In this document: positions 46,833 to 56,075 of the stretch, in pieces
Numbering within the stretch: position 1 is the first letter of the stretch
Layout of the letters: each line of letters begins with the position of its first letter
DNA from: Candidatus Thermofontivivens primus
GTDB lineage: Bacteria; Sysuimicrobiota; Sysuimicrobiia; Sysuimicrobiales; Thermofontiviventaceae
Reading direction: 5' to 3'
Assembly: GCA_031458695.1 (NCBI GenBank)
Contig: JAVKJW010000002.1
Span: forward strand, 1-64,000
DNA length: 64,000 nt
Program-made: the position numbers and the translations under genes
The notes under the pieces: generated by a model
The model's database searches: none
Told to the model about the DNA's origin: nothing
The model's input: the letters and a program-made list of their open reading frames with translations, nothing else

Positions 46833-47480
46833 TTAATCTACAAAGATGAGGCCCTTGCGGATGGCGTACTTGATGAGCTCGGCGGGGCGATGCAAGTTGA
46901 GTTTCTCCATGATGTGAGCGCGGTGTGCCTGGACGGTTTTGACGCTGAGGTGAAGCATCCGGGCGATTTCCGGGTTCGTGTACCCTTCGGCAATGAGCTT
47001 CAGGATCTCTCGCTCTCGGTCCGTGAGACGGTGGTAGCTATCCTCCTCCTCGCCTGCCTCTACACGCTTGAGGTAATCTTCTACCAAGCTCTTGGCCATC
47101 CCGGGGGAGAGATAAACCTCCCCGCGCTCGGCGGCTTCCAACGCAGCGATGAGCTCCTCTGGCCGTGCCTTCTTCAGAACATACCCACATGCCCCTGCTT
47201 GGAGCATCTGGAAGAGGTATTCCTCATTGTCGTGGATGGTCAGGGCCAGGACCTGAACCATAGGAAATTCTTCCTTGATCCGCCTCGTGGCTTCAACTCC
47301 GCCCAACCGCGGCATGGCCACATCCATGATCACAACATCTGGCTTAAGCTGGCGGACTTTCTCGATAGCTTCCAGTCCATCCCCGGCCTCGCCGACAACC
47401 TCAATATGGGGCGCGGACTCTAGGAGGAGCCGGATTCCCTCTCGCACGAGTGTATGGTCATCTACGATCAGAACGCGCAT
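46833..47480 (-). CDS. NarL/LuxR family response regulator
   Basis: V-D-D-H, M-D-V-A-M-P, G-Y-V-L-K, L-T-D-R-E-R-E-I-L, S-V-K-T-V-Q-A-H-R. Confidence 0.95.
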   Translation of the reverse strand: MRVLIVDDHTLVREGIRLLLESAPHIEVVGEAGDGLEAIEKVRQLKPDVVIMDVAMPRLGGVEATRRIKEEFPMVQVLALTIHDNEEYLFQMLQAGACGYVLKKARPEELIAALEAAERGEVYLSPGMAKSLVEDYLKRVEAGEEEDSYHRLTDREREILKLIAEGYTNPEIARMLHLSVKTVQAHRAHIMEKLNLHRPAELIKYAIRKGLIFVD

Positions 47481-49362
47481 ACTCCTCCTTCCCCACCGGG
47501 ACTTCTAGGTAGATCTTGGTCCCCCGTCCTGGCTTGGATTCGAGGTGGAACTTGCCGCCGAGCAAGGTCACACGTTCCCGCATCCCTAGAAGGCCAAGGC
47601 TTGGCCTTCCCTTTTGACCCAGCACACTGGCTTCGTCAAATCCTATTCCATCGTCCTGCACCAGGAGGGAGAGCCGGTCCCCGCAAAACTCCAACCGGAT
47701 ATCTACATGTTTTGCCTGCGCATGCCGGGCGATGTTCGTGATGGCTTCCTGAGCGACGCGGAAGATGGCCGTTTCGAGTGCAGACGGCAGTCGGGCCTCT
47801 GAGAGCCCGATCGCGTGGAAGTTCACGGCGACCCCCGCCATCTCGAGGTAGGTCTTGGCATGCCATCGCAGTGCGTGGACAAGGCCGAGGTCGTCCAGGA
47901 TCGAGGGACGGAGTGCATGGATGATCCGCCGCACCTCCTCGAGGGTGGCCTCGGCGACCGCATGCATGGAGGCCAGGCGTCCCCGCATCTCTTCCGGGGC
48001 GTTCTCCATGGCTGCGTTCAGGCTCATCACGAGCCCGCTGAGCGCCTGGGTGACCTCGTCGTGGAGCTCCCTGGCGATGCGCCGTCGCTCGTCCTCCTGG
48101 GCGGTGATGAGCTTGGTGAGGAGCTGTCCACGCACCTCCTCCTTCTCCTTGACCTCCTTAAACAGGCGGAAGTTCTCCATGCAGTAGGCGAGGTGAGTGG
48201 CGATGGCTGTGAACAAAGAGAGATCGGCTTCGCTGAACGGGCAGGAGAGATCCCGGCTGGTGGCCAACGTGCCAAGCAAATCCTCCTTGACCGTGAGGGG
48301 GGCGAGAAGGAGGGCGCGGTCGGGGTAAAGCCCAACCTCTGCACCGGGAAGCATCAGCGGGACCCGGTCCCTGGCGACCAGGTCGACGAGCTGGGAGAGG
48401 AACGGGCTTTGCTGTTCTCCGACCGAGTAGGTCCTATCAAAAGCCCCATCCCGCTTCAGGTACAGGCTACAGGCCTCAGCGTGGAAGACTTCTTTGACGG
48501 CTCCCAGGACTTCATAGATGGCATCCTCAATATCCGTGGCTTCGCTGAGGGTTTTGGTAAAGATGCGCAGGCTCGTGAGCCTCTTGGTGAGCTCTCCCAC
48601 TTCCTGGCTGAGGGCAACGGTAGACCACTGGATGCGCGCGGCCATCTCGTTGAACGCACTGGCCAGGATCCCCAGCTCGTCTGTTGATCGCACAGGCACC
48701 CTTGTAGCGTAGTTCCCTCCGGCGATCTCTCGGACGGCCCGCACGAGGTCAGAGAGGGGATCCAGGACCAACCGCCCGAGGAGGTAAGTGAAAGCCCCGA
48801 TGCCCAGAAGGAAGTTGAATCCGAATAGGACACCGAGCACCTGAGCGCTCCGGGTTACTTGGCCATGAAAAGGGGCCGTTCCCAGGGTGACCCCAATCGC
48901 CCCAAGGATCGCTGGATCCTTGGTGTGGCAGCTCCGGCAGGAAGGTGCGTTGGCAATAGGGGTGAAAATGACCAGCTGGTGCATATCCTTGCGCTCAGTA
49001 GCTGTCGGAGAGCCGGTGGCGATGGACTCCTGGAGGGCAGCCTCGCGAACGACCTGGCCGATTTCTTGCGTTTCCGAAGAAGTCCATACGCGCCCGTCAG
49101 CGGCATAGATGGTAACTTTCTGGATGATCGCCTCGGCCTTGAGGCGGCGGATGATCTCCTGGATCTCCGAGGGGTTGTTGCGGATCATCGTGGTCTCGAG
49201 GCTGTTGAGGATGGTGGCAGAAAGGGTCCTGGCCATGGAAGAGTACTGTTGGTGGGCGGTCTGGCGTTGGAAGAGGGTGAGGGTGTAGACGCTAATCCCG
49301 CCCACCACGATGGTGATGACCACGATCCACAGGAGGATCTTCAGCTGGAGACGCATCGCCAC
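47458..49362 (-). CDS. Membrane sensor kinase (extracytoplasmic CxxCH, HAMP, GAF, HisKA_3, HATPase)
   Basis: Two TM helices flank a domain with C-R-S-C-H (48925-48939); D-E-L-G-I-L-A HAMP; E-R-R-R-I-A-R-E-L-H-D-E; D-D-G-I-G-F; G-L-L-G-M-R-E-R. Confidence 0.93.
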   Translation of the reverse strand: MAMRLQLKILLWIVVITIVVGGISVYTLTLFQRQTAHQQYSSMARTLSATILNSLETTMIRNNPSEIQEIIRRLKAEAIIQKVTIYAADGRVWTSSETQEIGQVVREAALQESIATGSPTATERKDMHQLVIFTPIANAPSCRSCHTKDPAILGAIGVTLGTAPFHGQVTRSAQVLGVLFGFNFLLGIGAFTYLLGRLVLDPLSDLVRAVREIAGGNYATRVPVRSTDELGILASAFNEMAARIQWSTVALSQEVGELTKRLTSLRIFTKTLSEATDIEDAIYEVLGAVKEVFHAEACSLYLKRDGAFDRTYSVGEQQSPFLSQLVDLVARDRVPLMLPGAEVGLYPDRALLLAPLTVKEDLLGTLATSRDLSCPFSEADLSLFTAIATHLAYCMENFRLFKEVKEKEEVRGQLLTKLITAQEDERRRIARELHDEVTQALSGLVMSLNAAMENAPEEMRGRLASMHAVAEATLEEVRRIIHALRPSILDDLGLVHALRWHAKTYLEMAGVAVNFHAIGLSEARLPSALETAIFRVAQEAITNIARHAQAKHVDIRLEFCGDRLSLLVQDDGIGFDEASVLGQKGRPSLGLLGMRERVTLLGGKFHLESKPGRGTKIYLEVPVGKEEYARSDRR

Positions 49363-49539
49363 ATAGATTGTAGGTCCAGCGGAGCTTCCCTCCCTATCGG
49401 GCAGTTGCCTGATTTTTTCGCGAAAGATAACCTATGGCACGGAGGCTGGTGATGGTAGGATCGGTGGGTCAGGCCTAGTCCCTTTGGGCCATGCAGACTT
49501 CCACCCGATCTGGCTGCCGTGGTATATTGGAAGTGAACC

Positions 49540-50757
49540 ATGCCGAAGCAGCCGCGGATTTTAGCCTTTGTCCTCGCGGGAGGGAGGGGGGAGCGGCTTT
49601 TCCCCTTAACCCGTGACCGCAGTAAGCCCGCTGTTCCCTTTGGGGGGAAGTACCGGATTATTGACTTTGTTCTCAGCAACCTGTTAAATTCCGGTATTTA
49701 CTCCATCTACGTCCTCGTTCAATATCTCTCCCAGTCGCTTATTGACCACATCCGCCTGGGATGGCGGAGCACGGGGATGGTGGGGGATCATTTCGTTCTC
49801 ATCGTCCCTCCCCAGATGCGCCGGGGGGAAACGTGGTATCGTGGGACAGCAGACGCGATCTACCAGAACCTGAACCTTATCCGAGATTTCAATCCCGACC
49901 TCGTCGCCGTATTCGGGGCCGACCACATCTACCGTATGGACGTCAGTCAGATGGTCGCCTTTCATCTGGAACATGCTGCTCAGGTGACTGTCGCCGCTCT
50001 TCCCGTCCCCCTGGAGGAAGCATCGAACTTTGGGATCCTCACCACAGACCGCCACGGGAGGATCATCGGCTTCGAGGAAAAACCCAAGACCCCTCAACCG
50101 ATCCCAGGCGAACCTTCACGAGCCTACGCCTCTATGGGAAACTACCTGTTCGACCGCCGCACCCTCGTCGAGGCCGTCAGTGAGGATGCCTTGAAGAACA
50201 GCGAGCATGACTTCGGCCGGAACATCATCCCCGACTTAGTCGGACAGGCGGAGGTATATGCCTACGACTTCCTTACCAATGAGGTCCCTGGCCTGCGTCC
50301 GTATGAGGAGCACGGGTACTGGCGGGACGTGGGGACGATCCGGGCGTACTGGCAGGCGCACATGGATCTTCTGGGTCCGGAACCTCTCTTTGACCTGGAT
50401 AACCCCTGTTGGCCGATCTATACCTATGCTTATCCGGGTCCCTCGGCCAGAGTGATGAGTGGGGAGGTTGAGGATTCCCTTTTGGGCGAGGGGACGTTGA
50501 TTCGTGGCGGGAAGGTTCGCCGATCTATTCTAGGCCGTGGGGTACGGGTGGAGGAGGGCGCGGTGGTTGAGGATTCGATTGTCATGGACTTCACCGTCGT
50601 GGACCGGGAGGTACACCTCCGGAGGGTCATCGTGGACCGGTTCAATCACATCGAACCGGGCACCCGCATAGGGCTTGATCCGGAAAGTGACGCGCCGAGA
50701 TATTTCGTGGATGGGAGTGGGATCGTCGTTATCCCCCGCGGGAGGGCGCGGGCATAA
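49540..50757 (+). CDS. glgC: Glucose-1-phosphate adenylyltransferase
   Basis: L-A-G-G-R-G-E-R-L, K-P-A-V-P-F-G-G-K-Y-R, G-T-A-D-A, E-K-P, D-F-G, Y-W-R-D-V-G-T. Confidence 0.97.
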   Translation: MPKQPRILAFVLAGGRGERLFPLTRDRSKPAVPFGGKYRIIDFVLSNLLNSGIYSIYVLVQYLSQSLIDHIRLGWRSTGMVGDHFVLIVPPQMRRGETWYRGTADAIYQNLNLIRDFNPDLVAVFGADHIYRMDVSQMVAFHLEHAAQVTVAALPVPLEEASNFGILTTDRHGRIIGFEEKPKTPQPIPGEPSRAYASMGNYLFDRRTLVEAVSEDALKNSEHDFGRNIIPDLVGQAEVYAYDFLTNEVPGLRPYEEHGYWRDVGTIRAYWQAHMDLLGPEPLFDLDNPCWPIYTYAYPGPSARVMSGEVEDSLLGEGTLIRGGKVRRSILGRGVRVEEGAVVEDSIVMDFTVVDREVHLRRVIVDRFNHIEPGTRIGLDPESDAPRYFVDGSGIVVIPRGRARA

Positions 50758-50759
50758 GA

Positions 50760-50843
50760 AGGTTGGCAGGTGAGCAGGTTCGCAAGTGAGCAGGTTGGAA
50801 GCTTAGTTCGAGCTTGTAACCTTGCAACTTTCTAACCTGCAAC
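50760..50843. repeat. Inverted array of degenerate 8-nt repeats
   Basis: AGGTTGGC AGGTGAGC AGGTTCGC AAGTGAGC AGGTTGGA, then inverted units TTCGAGCT TGTAACCT TGCAACTT TCTAACCT. Confidence 0.75.
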
Positions 50844-50855
50844 AGGATAGGCGAG

Positions 50856-51629
50856 ATGAACCGGATGACCTTCGAGGAGACCCCTGTGGAAAAGAAGAGA
50901 CGATACGTGCGGGAGATGTTTGATGCCATCGCCCATCGTTACGATCTTCTCAACCACATCCTCAGTGCAGGCCTGCATCTCCGCTGGAAACGGTTGGCCG
51001 CAGCAGCAAGCCAGGTTCCTCGAGGTGGCCGTGCCCTGGACGTATGCGCGGGCACGGGGGATCTTGCCTTCTTCCTTGCACTGCATGCAGGGCCAGAGGG
51101 CATCGTCGTTGGGGTGGACTTTGCGCCGGAGATGATCCGAATCGCTCGGGAAAGGGCTTCCCACGATCCGCATTCGGAGGCAGTCCGGTTTCTCCAAGGC
51201 GACGCCGAGCGCCTCCCGTTCCTCGATGGTTCCTTCGATGCTGTGACCATCGGGTTCGGGATTCGGAATGTGGCGAATGTAGATCAGGCGCTCCAGGAGA
51301 TGTATCGCGTTTTACGCCCAGGCGGGCGATTGGTCGTCCTTGAGTTCAGCCACCCAAAGCCCCGCCTCGTGCGTTTTCTCTATCATCTTTACTCTTTCAC
51401 CCTGATCCCATGGATCGGGCGCCTCCTCTCTGGGCACCCTGATGCCTACCGCTATCTCCCAACCTCCATTCGGTCCTGGCCGAATCCTGCTGCGTTCAAC
51501 CGTCTCCTCGAAAGGTGTGGGTTCCAGCCCTTGAACTGTCGGCTCCTCTGCACAGGCATCGCCGCCATGCATGTGGCGGTAAAGCCTGATCCCTTCCGTG
51601 TGGAAAGTTCGTTCTCCCCATCCGGGTAA
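50856..51629 (+). CDS. menG: Demethylmenaquinone methyltransferase (UbiE/MenG)
   Basis: M-F-D-A-I-A-H-R-Y-D-L-L-N, L-D-V-C-A-G-T-G-D, G-F-G-I-R-N-V, L-E-F-S, Y-R-Y-L-P-T-S-I. Confidence 0.92.
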   Translation: MNRMTFEETPVEKKRRYVREMFDAIAHRYDLLNHILSAGLHLRWKRLAAAASQVPRGGRALDVCAGTGDLAFFLALHAGPEGIVVGVDFAPEMIRIARERASHDPHSEAVRFLQGDAERLPFLDGSFDAVTIGFGIRNVANVDQALQEMYRVLRPGGRLVVLEFSHPKPRLVRFLYHLYSFTLIPWIGRLLSGHPDAYRYLPTSIRSWPNPAAFNRLLERCGFQPLNCRLLCTGIAAMHVAVKPDPFRVESSFSPSG

Positions 51630-51745
51630 ATAGTGTTCCAAGAAGTTCCCCAACCTGTGGCACCCCCATCTCCTCAAAACGAGTTTCAGCATAAAACCCA
51701 TCGTCCACTCCTTGGGTGCCTCTGTCGTCTGTCACAAAAGAGGCC

Positions 51746-51798
51746 TTGACATTCTGAAAACCGTTTTGCTATGTTAAAACCAAGCGAGCATTCGCTAG
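51746..51798 (+). promoter_or_regulatory. Promoter with overlapping palindromic operator upstream of TetR
   Basis: TTGACA-18 nt-TATGTT (TG-extended); imperfect palindrome CAAGCGAGCATTCGCTAG at 51781-51798. Confidence 0.65.
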
Positions 51799-51870
51799 AC
51801 TACATACCTCTCTCCAGACCCCTCATCGCAGCAAAGACTTCCCCACGGAGACGACATCGGTTTGTATTTC

Positions 51871-52488
51871 ATGAAGAGGGCTGGCGAGGATCGCAACAAG
51901 CACCTTTTGCGCATCGCTGCACGCCTCTTCCGTACGAAGGGCTATGCGGCCACGAGCGTTCGCGACATCGCGAGGGCCCTCAGGCTGGAGAGCTCATCCC
52001 TTTACCACTACATCGATTCCAAAGAGGAACTCCTCTACAGGATCTGTGTCCAGAGCCTTGATGAGCTCATGGAGAAAGTGGAACCTATCGTCTTCTCGCC
52101 TCTCCCTCCCTTAGAAAAGCTTCAGAGGTTTATCGAGACGCATGTCGACGCCATCCTCGAGGACCGCGATAGGCATGCCGTGATGCTGTTCGAGCTGAGA
52201 TCCCTCTCCCCAAGAAGGCGCAAGGCCATTGTCCAGTTGCGGGACCGGTACGAGCAACTTGTCCTCCGGATGGTCGAAGAAGGGCAACAGGCAGGCCTGC
52301 TCCGGCAGGACCTGTCCGCGCGCTATCTCAAGCTTGCTTTGTTGAACCTCCTCAACTGGTCGATCTTCTGGTACCGACCTCATGGGCCACTGGATTCCTC
52401 TGCCGTCGGGGGGTTGTTGGGCGAGGTCTTCCTGCATGGAGTCCTTCACACCGGAGTTCCACACAATGCGCTAGCGGCAGCGAGGTGA
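51871..52488 (+). CDS. TetR/AcrR family regulator (KstR2/PaaR-like)
   Basis: A-A-R-L-F-R-T-K-G-Y-A-A-T-S-V-R-D-I-A...S-L-Y-H-Y-I-D-S-K-E-E-L-L; C-terminal N-W...W-Y-R-P-H-G-P-L. Confidence 0.92.
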   Translation: MKRAGEDRNKHLLRIAARLFRTKGYAATSVRDIARALRLESSSLYHYIDSKEELLYRICVQSLDELMEKVEPIVFSPLPPLEKLQRFIETHVDAILEDRDRHAVMLFELRSLSPRRRKAIVQLRDRYEQLVLRMVEEGQQAGLLRQDLSARYLKLALLNLLNWSIFWYRPHGPLDSSAVGGLLGEVFLHGVLHTGVPHNALAAAR

Positions 52489-52493
52489 AGCGC

Positions 52494-53825
52494 ATGGCCA
52501 AGGACAGGTATTGGGACCCGGAGATTGAGACGATGCCCCGCAAGCAGCTCCAGGCCCTCCAGCTGGAACGCCTTCGCTGGCAGATCGAGCGCTGCTATCG
52601 AGAATCGCCGTTCTACCGGGAGAGGTTCGACAGGGCGGGAGTCCGGCCTAGCCACCTCCAAACCCTTGCAGACCTCCGCCATTTCCCTCTCGTGACCAAG
52701 GAGGACCTCCGGAGGGAACAGGAGGCCTATCCGCCTTTTGGCAGATACGTCATCGCCCCGCGAGAGACTTGGCAGGAGCTGCACCCCTCTACAGGAACGA
52801 CAGGTCGCCCTGTCAACACGATTTGGTCGAAAGAGGATGCACGGGTCATCGCAGATCATACGGCCCGCACGATGTGGTCGTTCGGCACCCGCCCCCATGA
52901 TATCGTCCAGAACGCTTTCAGCTATGGGTTGTGGGTCGCTGGGATGGCCGTCCACTACGCCTGTGCCCTGATCGGCTGTTTCGTCATCCCTATTGGGGCC
53001 GGCACCACCCAGCGACAGATCGATTACTTCCTCTCCCCGGGGTCGACGGTTCTTCTCGCTACACCCTCGTTTGCGCTCCACATGGCCGAGGCTTTGCGCG
53101 AACGAGGGATCAGCCCAGACGAAATCCCGTTGCGCATCGGATGCTTCGGAGGCGAACCCGGTGCGGAGGTTCCTGCGACGCGGCAGCGGATTGAGCAGGG
53201 GCTGGGGATCGATTGCTACGACTACTACGGCCTGGGAGAGATCGCACCGACGTTTGCTTCGGAGTGTACGGAAAAGGACGGTCTCCACTGGGCAGAGGAT
53301 CACTATTTCATTGAAGTCGTCCACCCGGAGACCTTTGAGCCGTTGCCGCCTGGCGAGGTGGGCATCCTTGTCATGACCCATTTGACGCGCGAAGCTACGC
53401 CCATGATCCGGTACCTCACCAACGACTACGGGAAGGTAGACCTGGAACCATGTAGGTGCGGGCGCACCCATGGGCGTATTGTGGGCGGGATCCTCGGCCG
53501 TGCAGACGACATGATCATCTACCGAGGTGCAAAGTTCTACCCTGTCCAGGTCGAGCAGGTGGTGCGCAAGATGCCAGAGCTCAGCGACGAGTTCCGCATC
53601 GAGCTATCCCGGGACGAGCGTGGGATGGACCGTATCACCATTGTTGTGGAGAGCGCCTATCCCCAAGACGAGAGAGAGCAACAGAACCTTGTGGAGCGAT
53701 TACGCAGAGCTTTGAAGGAGGCACTCCAGGTCACACCGGAAGTCCGCGTGGTATCGTTCGGAACCCTGGAGCGAACGGTATTCAAGGCGAAACGAATTGT
53801 AGATCTCCGTCAGCAAGGGAAGTAA
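52494..53825 (+). CDS. Phenylacetate-CoA ligase family protein
   Basis: L-Q-L-E-R-L, S-T-G-T-T-G-R-P, Y-G-L-W-V-A-G, Y-G-L-G-E, C-R-C-G-R-T, G-R-A-D-D-M, K-A-K-R-I-V-D. Confidence 0.9.
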   Translation: MAKDRYWDPEIETMPRKQLQALQLERLRWQIERCYRESPFYRERFDRAGVRPSHLQTLADLRHFPLVTKEDLRREQEAYPPFGRYVIAPRETWQELHPSTGTTGRPVNTIWSKEDARVIADHTARTMWSFGTRPHDIVQNAFSYGLWVAGMAVHYACALIGCFVIPIGAGTTQRQIDYFLSPGSTVLLATPSFALHMAEALRERGISPDEIPLRIGCFGGEPGAEVPATRQRIEQGLGIDCYDYYGLGEIAPTFASECTEKDGLHWAEDHYFIEVVHPETFEPLPPGEVGILVMTHLTREATPMIRYLTNDYGKVDLEPCRCGRTHGRIVGGILGRADDMIIYRGAKFYPVQVEQVVRKMPELSDEFRIELSRDERGMDRITIVVESAYPQDEREQQNLVERLRRALKEALQVTPEVRVVSFGTLERTVFKAKRIVDLRQQGK

Positions 53826-53918
53826 CTTGGTCTTTCCAGCCCACACGGTCTTCTCAAGTTTTTTGGAGAGCGTGCTGAGTGGGAGACTGTGGAGACTCTG
53901 AGTGAAAGGGGGGAGAGT

Positions 53919-55190
53919 ATGAGGAGGATGCGATGGACATGGGCCCCGCTGGGAGGCACGGTTCTGCTCTTGCTCTTGTTCTCACAGGCGTTTTCGGCGC
54001 CTCCCCAATGCCAGCTAGGTGTCCCAGCCATCAAGCTGGGCGTCCAGGGAGTCGCCTCCGGCCCGCACGCAGATTATGGCCGCCAGATCCAAATGGGCGC
54101 TACCATGGCGATCGAGGAGATCAATGCCAAAGGTGGGATCCTGGGGTGTCGGCTAGAGATGCGCTTCATGGACGATGAGAACCGGCCGGCCACAGGTGTC
54201 CGCAACGCCCGCCTACTGGTCACAGAATATGGTGCGCATTTCCTCTATGGAACAGATAGCAGCGGCGTGGCCATGGCACTTGGGCCAGTGCTCAAAGAGC
54301 TCAACCGTATCCAGTTCTTCACCCACGCTGCGACCCATCGCCTTACCGAGGAGCTGGTTGCGCAACAGGGGATCAAGCAGATCGTGCGCGTCAGCGCGCC
54401 TGTTTACCAGGATGCTATTGCGGCGTGGGTGTTCAAGGATAATCCGGCCATTCGACGGTGGGCGACTATCGGGGCTGACTATGAGTACGGGTACGCTGTG
54501 TGGGGGCTCTTCCGGGAGACGTTGCGCAAGTTCCGCCCGGATGTGGAATTCGTTGGGGCGGCCTGGGCACCGTTTTTGACCACGGACTTTACGCCACACA
54601 TCTCTGCGGTGATGGCACAGAACCCGGACGCGATCATCGCCACACCGTGGGCGGGGGAAGCGGTGACGTTACTTCGGCAAGCAGTTCTCATGGGCGTGTT
54701 CGACAAAATCCAGGTCTGGTTCCAGGCGATGGGGGGTTCTGTAGATGTACTGGAGGGGATCGCGCGCGAGGTGCAGGACGGCCGCTTCAAAGGCAAGCTG
54801 TGGGCAACGGCCCGGTACATCCACAACTGGCCGAACACCCAGACGAACCGGGCGTTTGTAGAACGCTTCCAGAAGCGCTGGTCACGCCTGCCGAACTACT
54901 CTGCGGAGACCACCTATTCTGCGATCTACATCACAAAGGCGGCAGTCGAGAAAGCACGAAGCCTTGAGACCGACAAAGTGCTCGCCGCGCTCCGGGGCAT
55001 GCAGATCGTCACACCTGCTGGCCTGCGCGTGTTCCGGGAGGAAGACCACCAATTTGTGTACACGGTACCCGCGGGTCGCGTGGTCTGGAGCGAGCGGTAT
55101 AATATGCCGGTACTGGGCGATCTGCGCATCTTCGATCCTAAGGATTACTGGCGGTGGCCGCCGTTCACGCCGATCCCAATGGGGAAGTAA
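53919..55190 (+). CDS. HAAT (Liv-type) ABC transporter substrate-binding protein
   Basis: Signal peptide; A-I-E-E-I-N-A-K-G-G-I-L-G, D-Y-E-Y-G, D-F-T-P-H-I-S, F-R-E-E-D-H-Q. Confidence 0.9.
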   Translation: MRRMRWTWAPLGGTVLLLLLFSQAFSAPPQCQLGVPAIKLGVQGVASGPHADYGRQIQMGATMAIEEINAKGGILGCRLEMRFMDDENRPATGVRNARLLVTEYGAHFLYGTDSSGVAMALGPVLKELNRIQFFTHAATHRLTEELVAQQGIKQIVRVSAPVYQDAIAAWVFKDNPAIRRWATIGADYEYGYAVWGLFRETLRKFRPDVEFVGAAWAPFLTTDFTPHISAVMAQNPDAIIATPWAGEAVTLLRQAVLMGVFDKIQVWFQAMGGSVDVLEGIAREVQDGRFKGKLWATARYIHNWPNTQTNRAFVERFQKRWSRLPNYSAETTYSAIYITKAAVEKARSLETDKVLAALRGMQIVTPAGLRVFREEDHQFVYTVPAGRVVWSERYNMPVLGDLRIFDPKDYWRWPPFTPIPMGK

Positions 55191-55208
55191 GGTGATTCAG
55201 CAAAGCGT

Positions 55209-56075
55209 ATGATGAACACGGTCCTTTACCAGGGCCTTGTGGGCATCTCCTTGGCCATGTACCTCTGGCTGATCTCAGCCGGGCTCACTATTATTTTCGG
55301 TGTGCTCGGCGTGCTCAATTTCGCCCACGGGAGCCTCTTCATGCTGGGGGCCTATATCGCCTATACCCTCTATGGCATGGTAGGCTTGCCGTTTGGGGCG
55401 GCAGTTCTGCTCAGTCTCGCGGTCGTGGGGGCGGTGGGGTTTGCGATGGAACGATTCTTCCTCCGCCCCCTCTACCATGTAGACGAGGCGTACCAGCTCT
55501 TGCTCACCTTTGGCTTTGTGCTCGTCCTCGACGATGCCGTGAAGATCCTTTGGGGCGGGGTCTTTAAGATTCCGCCCATTCCCGCATTTTTAGATGGCGC
55601 GTGGCGGGTGTTCGGACGCCCCTTCCCTGTGTACAATGTCTTCCTGATCACCGTGGGCCTCCTGGTTGGGGTGGTCCTTTGGTTCCTCTTCGAGCGCACA
55701 TGGTGGGGTCGCATCGTTCGCGCCACCGCCTCAGATCGCGAAATGGCCGCCGCGCTGGGCGTGCATGTGCCGCGTGTCTTCTCCTCTGTCTTTGTGTTTG
55801 GGGCCATGCTGGCAGCCCTTGGAGGGGCGCTCGGAACACCGGTGCGTGTCGTCGCCCCTGGGATCGGATCGGCCATGATCATCCAGGCGTTCATCATCAC
55901 GGTGATTGGTGGTTTGGGTAACCTGAAGGGTGCGTTCGTGGGATCTTTGATCGTTGGGGTGCTGTCCGCCTACGGGACGCTCTTCTTCCCAGTCTTCGAG
56001 CTTTTCTTCATCTTTGTGATCATGGCGGTTGTCCTTCTGGTGCGACCACAGGGCTTATTTGGAGCGACACGATGA
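55209..56075 (+). CDS. HAAT ABC permease (LivH-like)
   Basis: G-L-T-I-I-F-G-V-L-G-V-L-N-F-A-H-G, D-R-E-M-A-A-A-L-G, I-G-G-L-G, R-P-Q-G-L-F-G. Confidence 0.93.
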   Translation: MMNTVLYQGLVGISLAMYLWLISAGLTIIFGVLGVLNFAHGSLFMLGAYIAYTLYGMVGLPFGAAVLLSLAVVGAVGFAMERFFLRPLYHVDEAYQLLLTFGFVLVLDDAVKILWGGVFKIPPIPAFLDGAWRVFGRPFPVYNVFLITVGLLVGVVLWFLFERTWWGRIVRATASDREMAAALGVHVPRVFSSVFVFGAMLAALGGALGTPVRVVAPGIGSAMIIQAFIITVIGGLGNLKGAFVGSLIVGVLSAYGTLFFPVFELFFIFVIMAVVLLVRPQGLFGATR

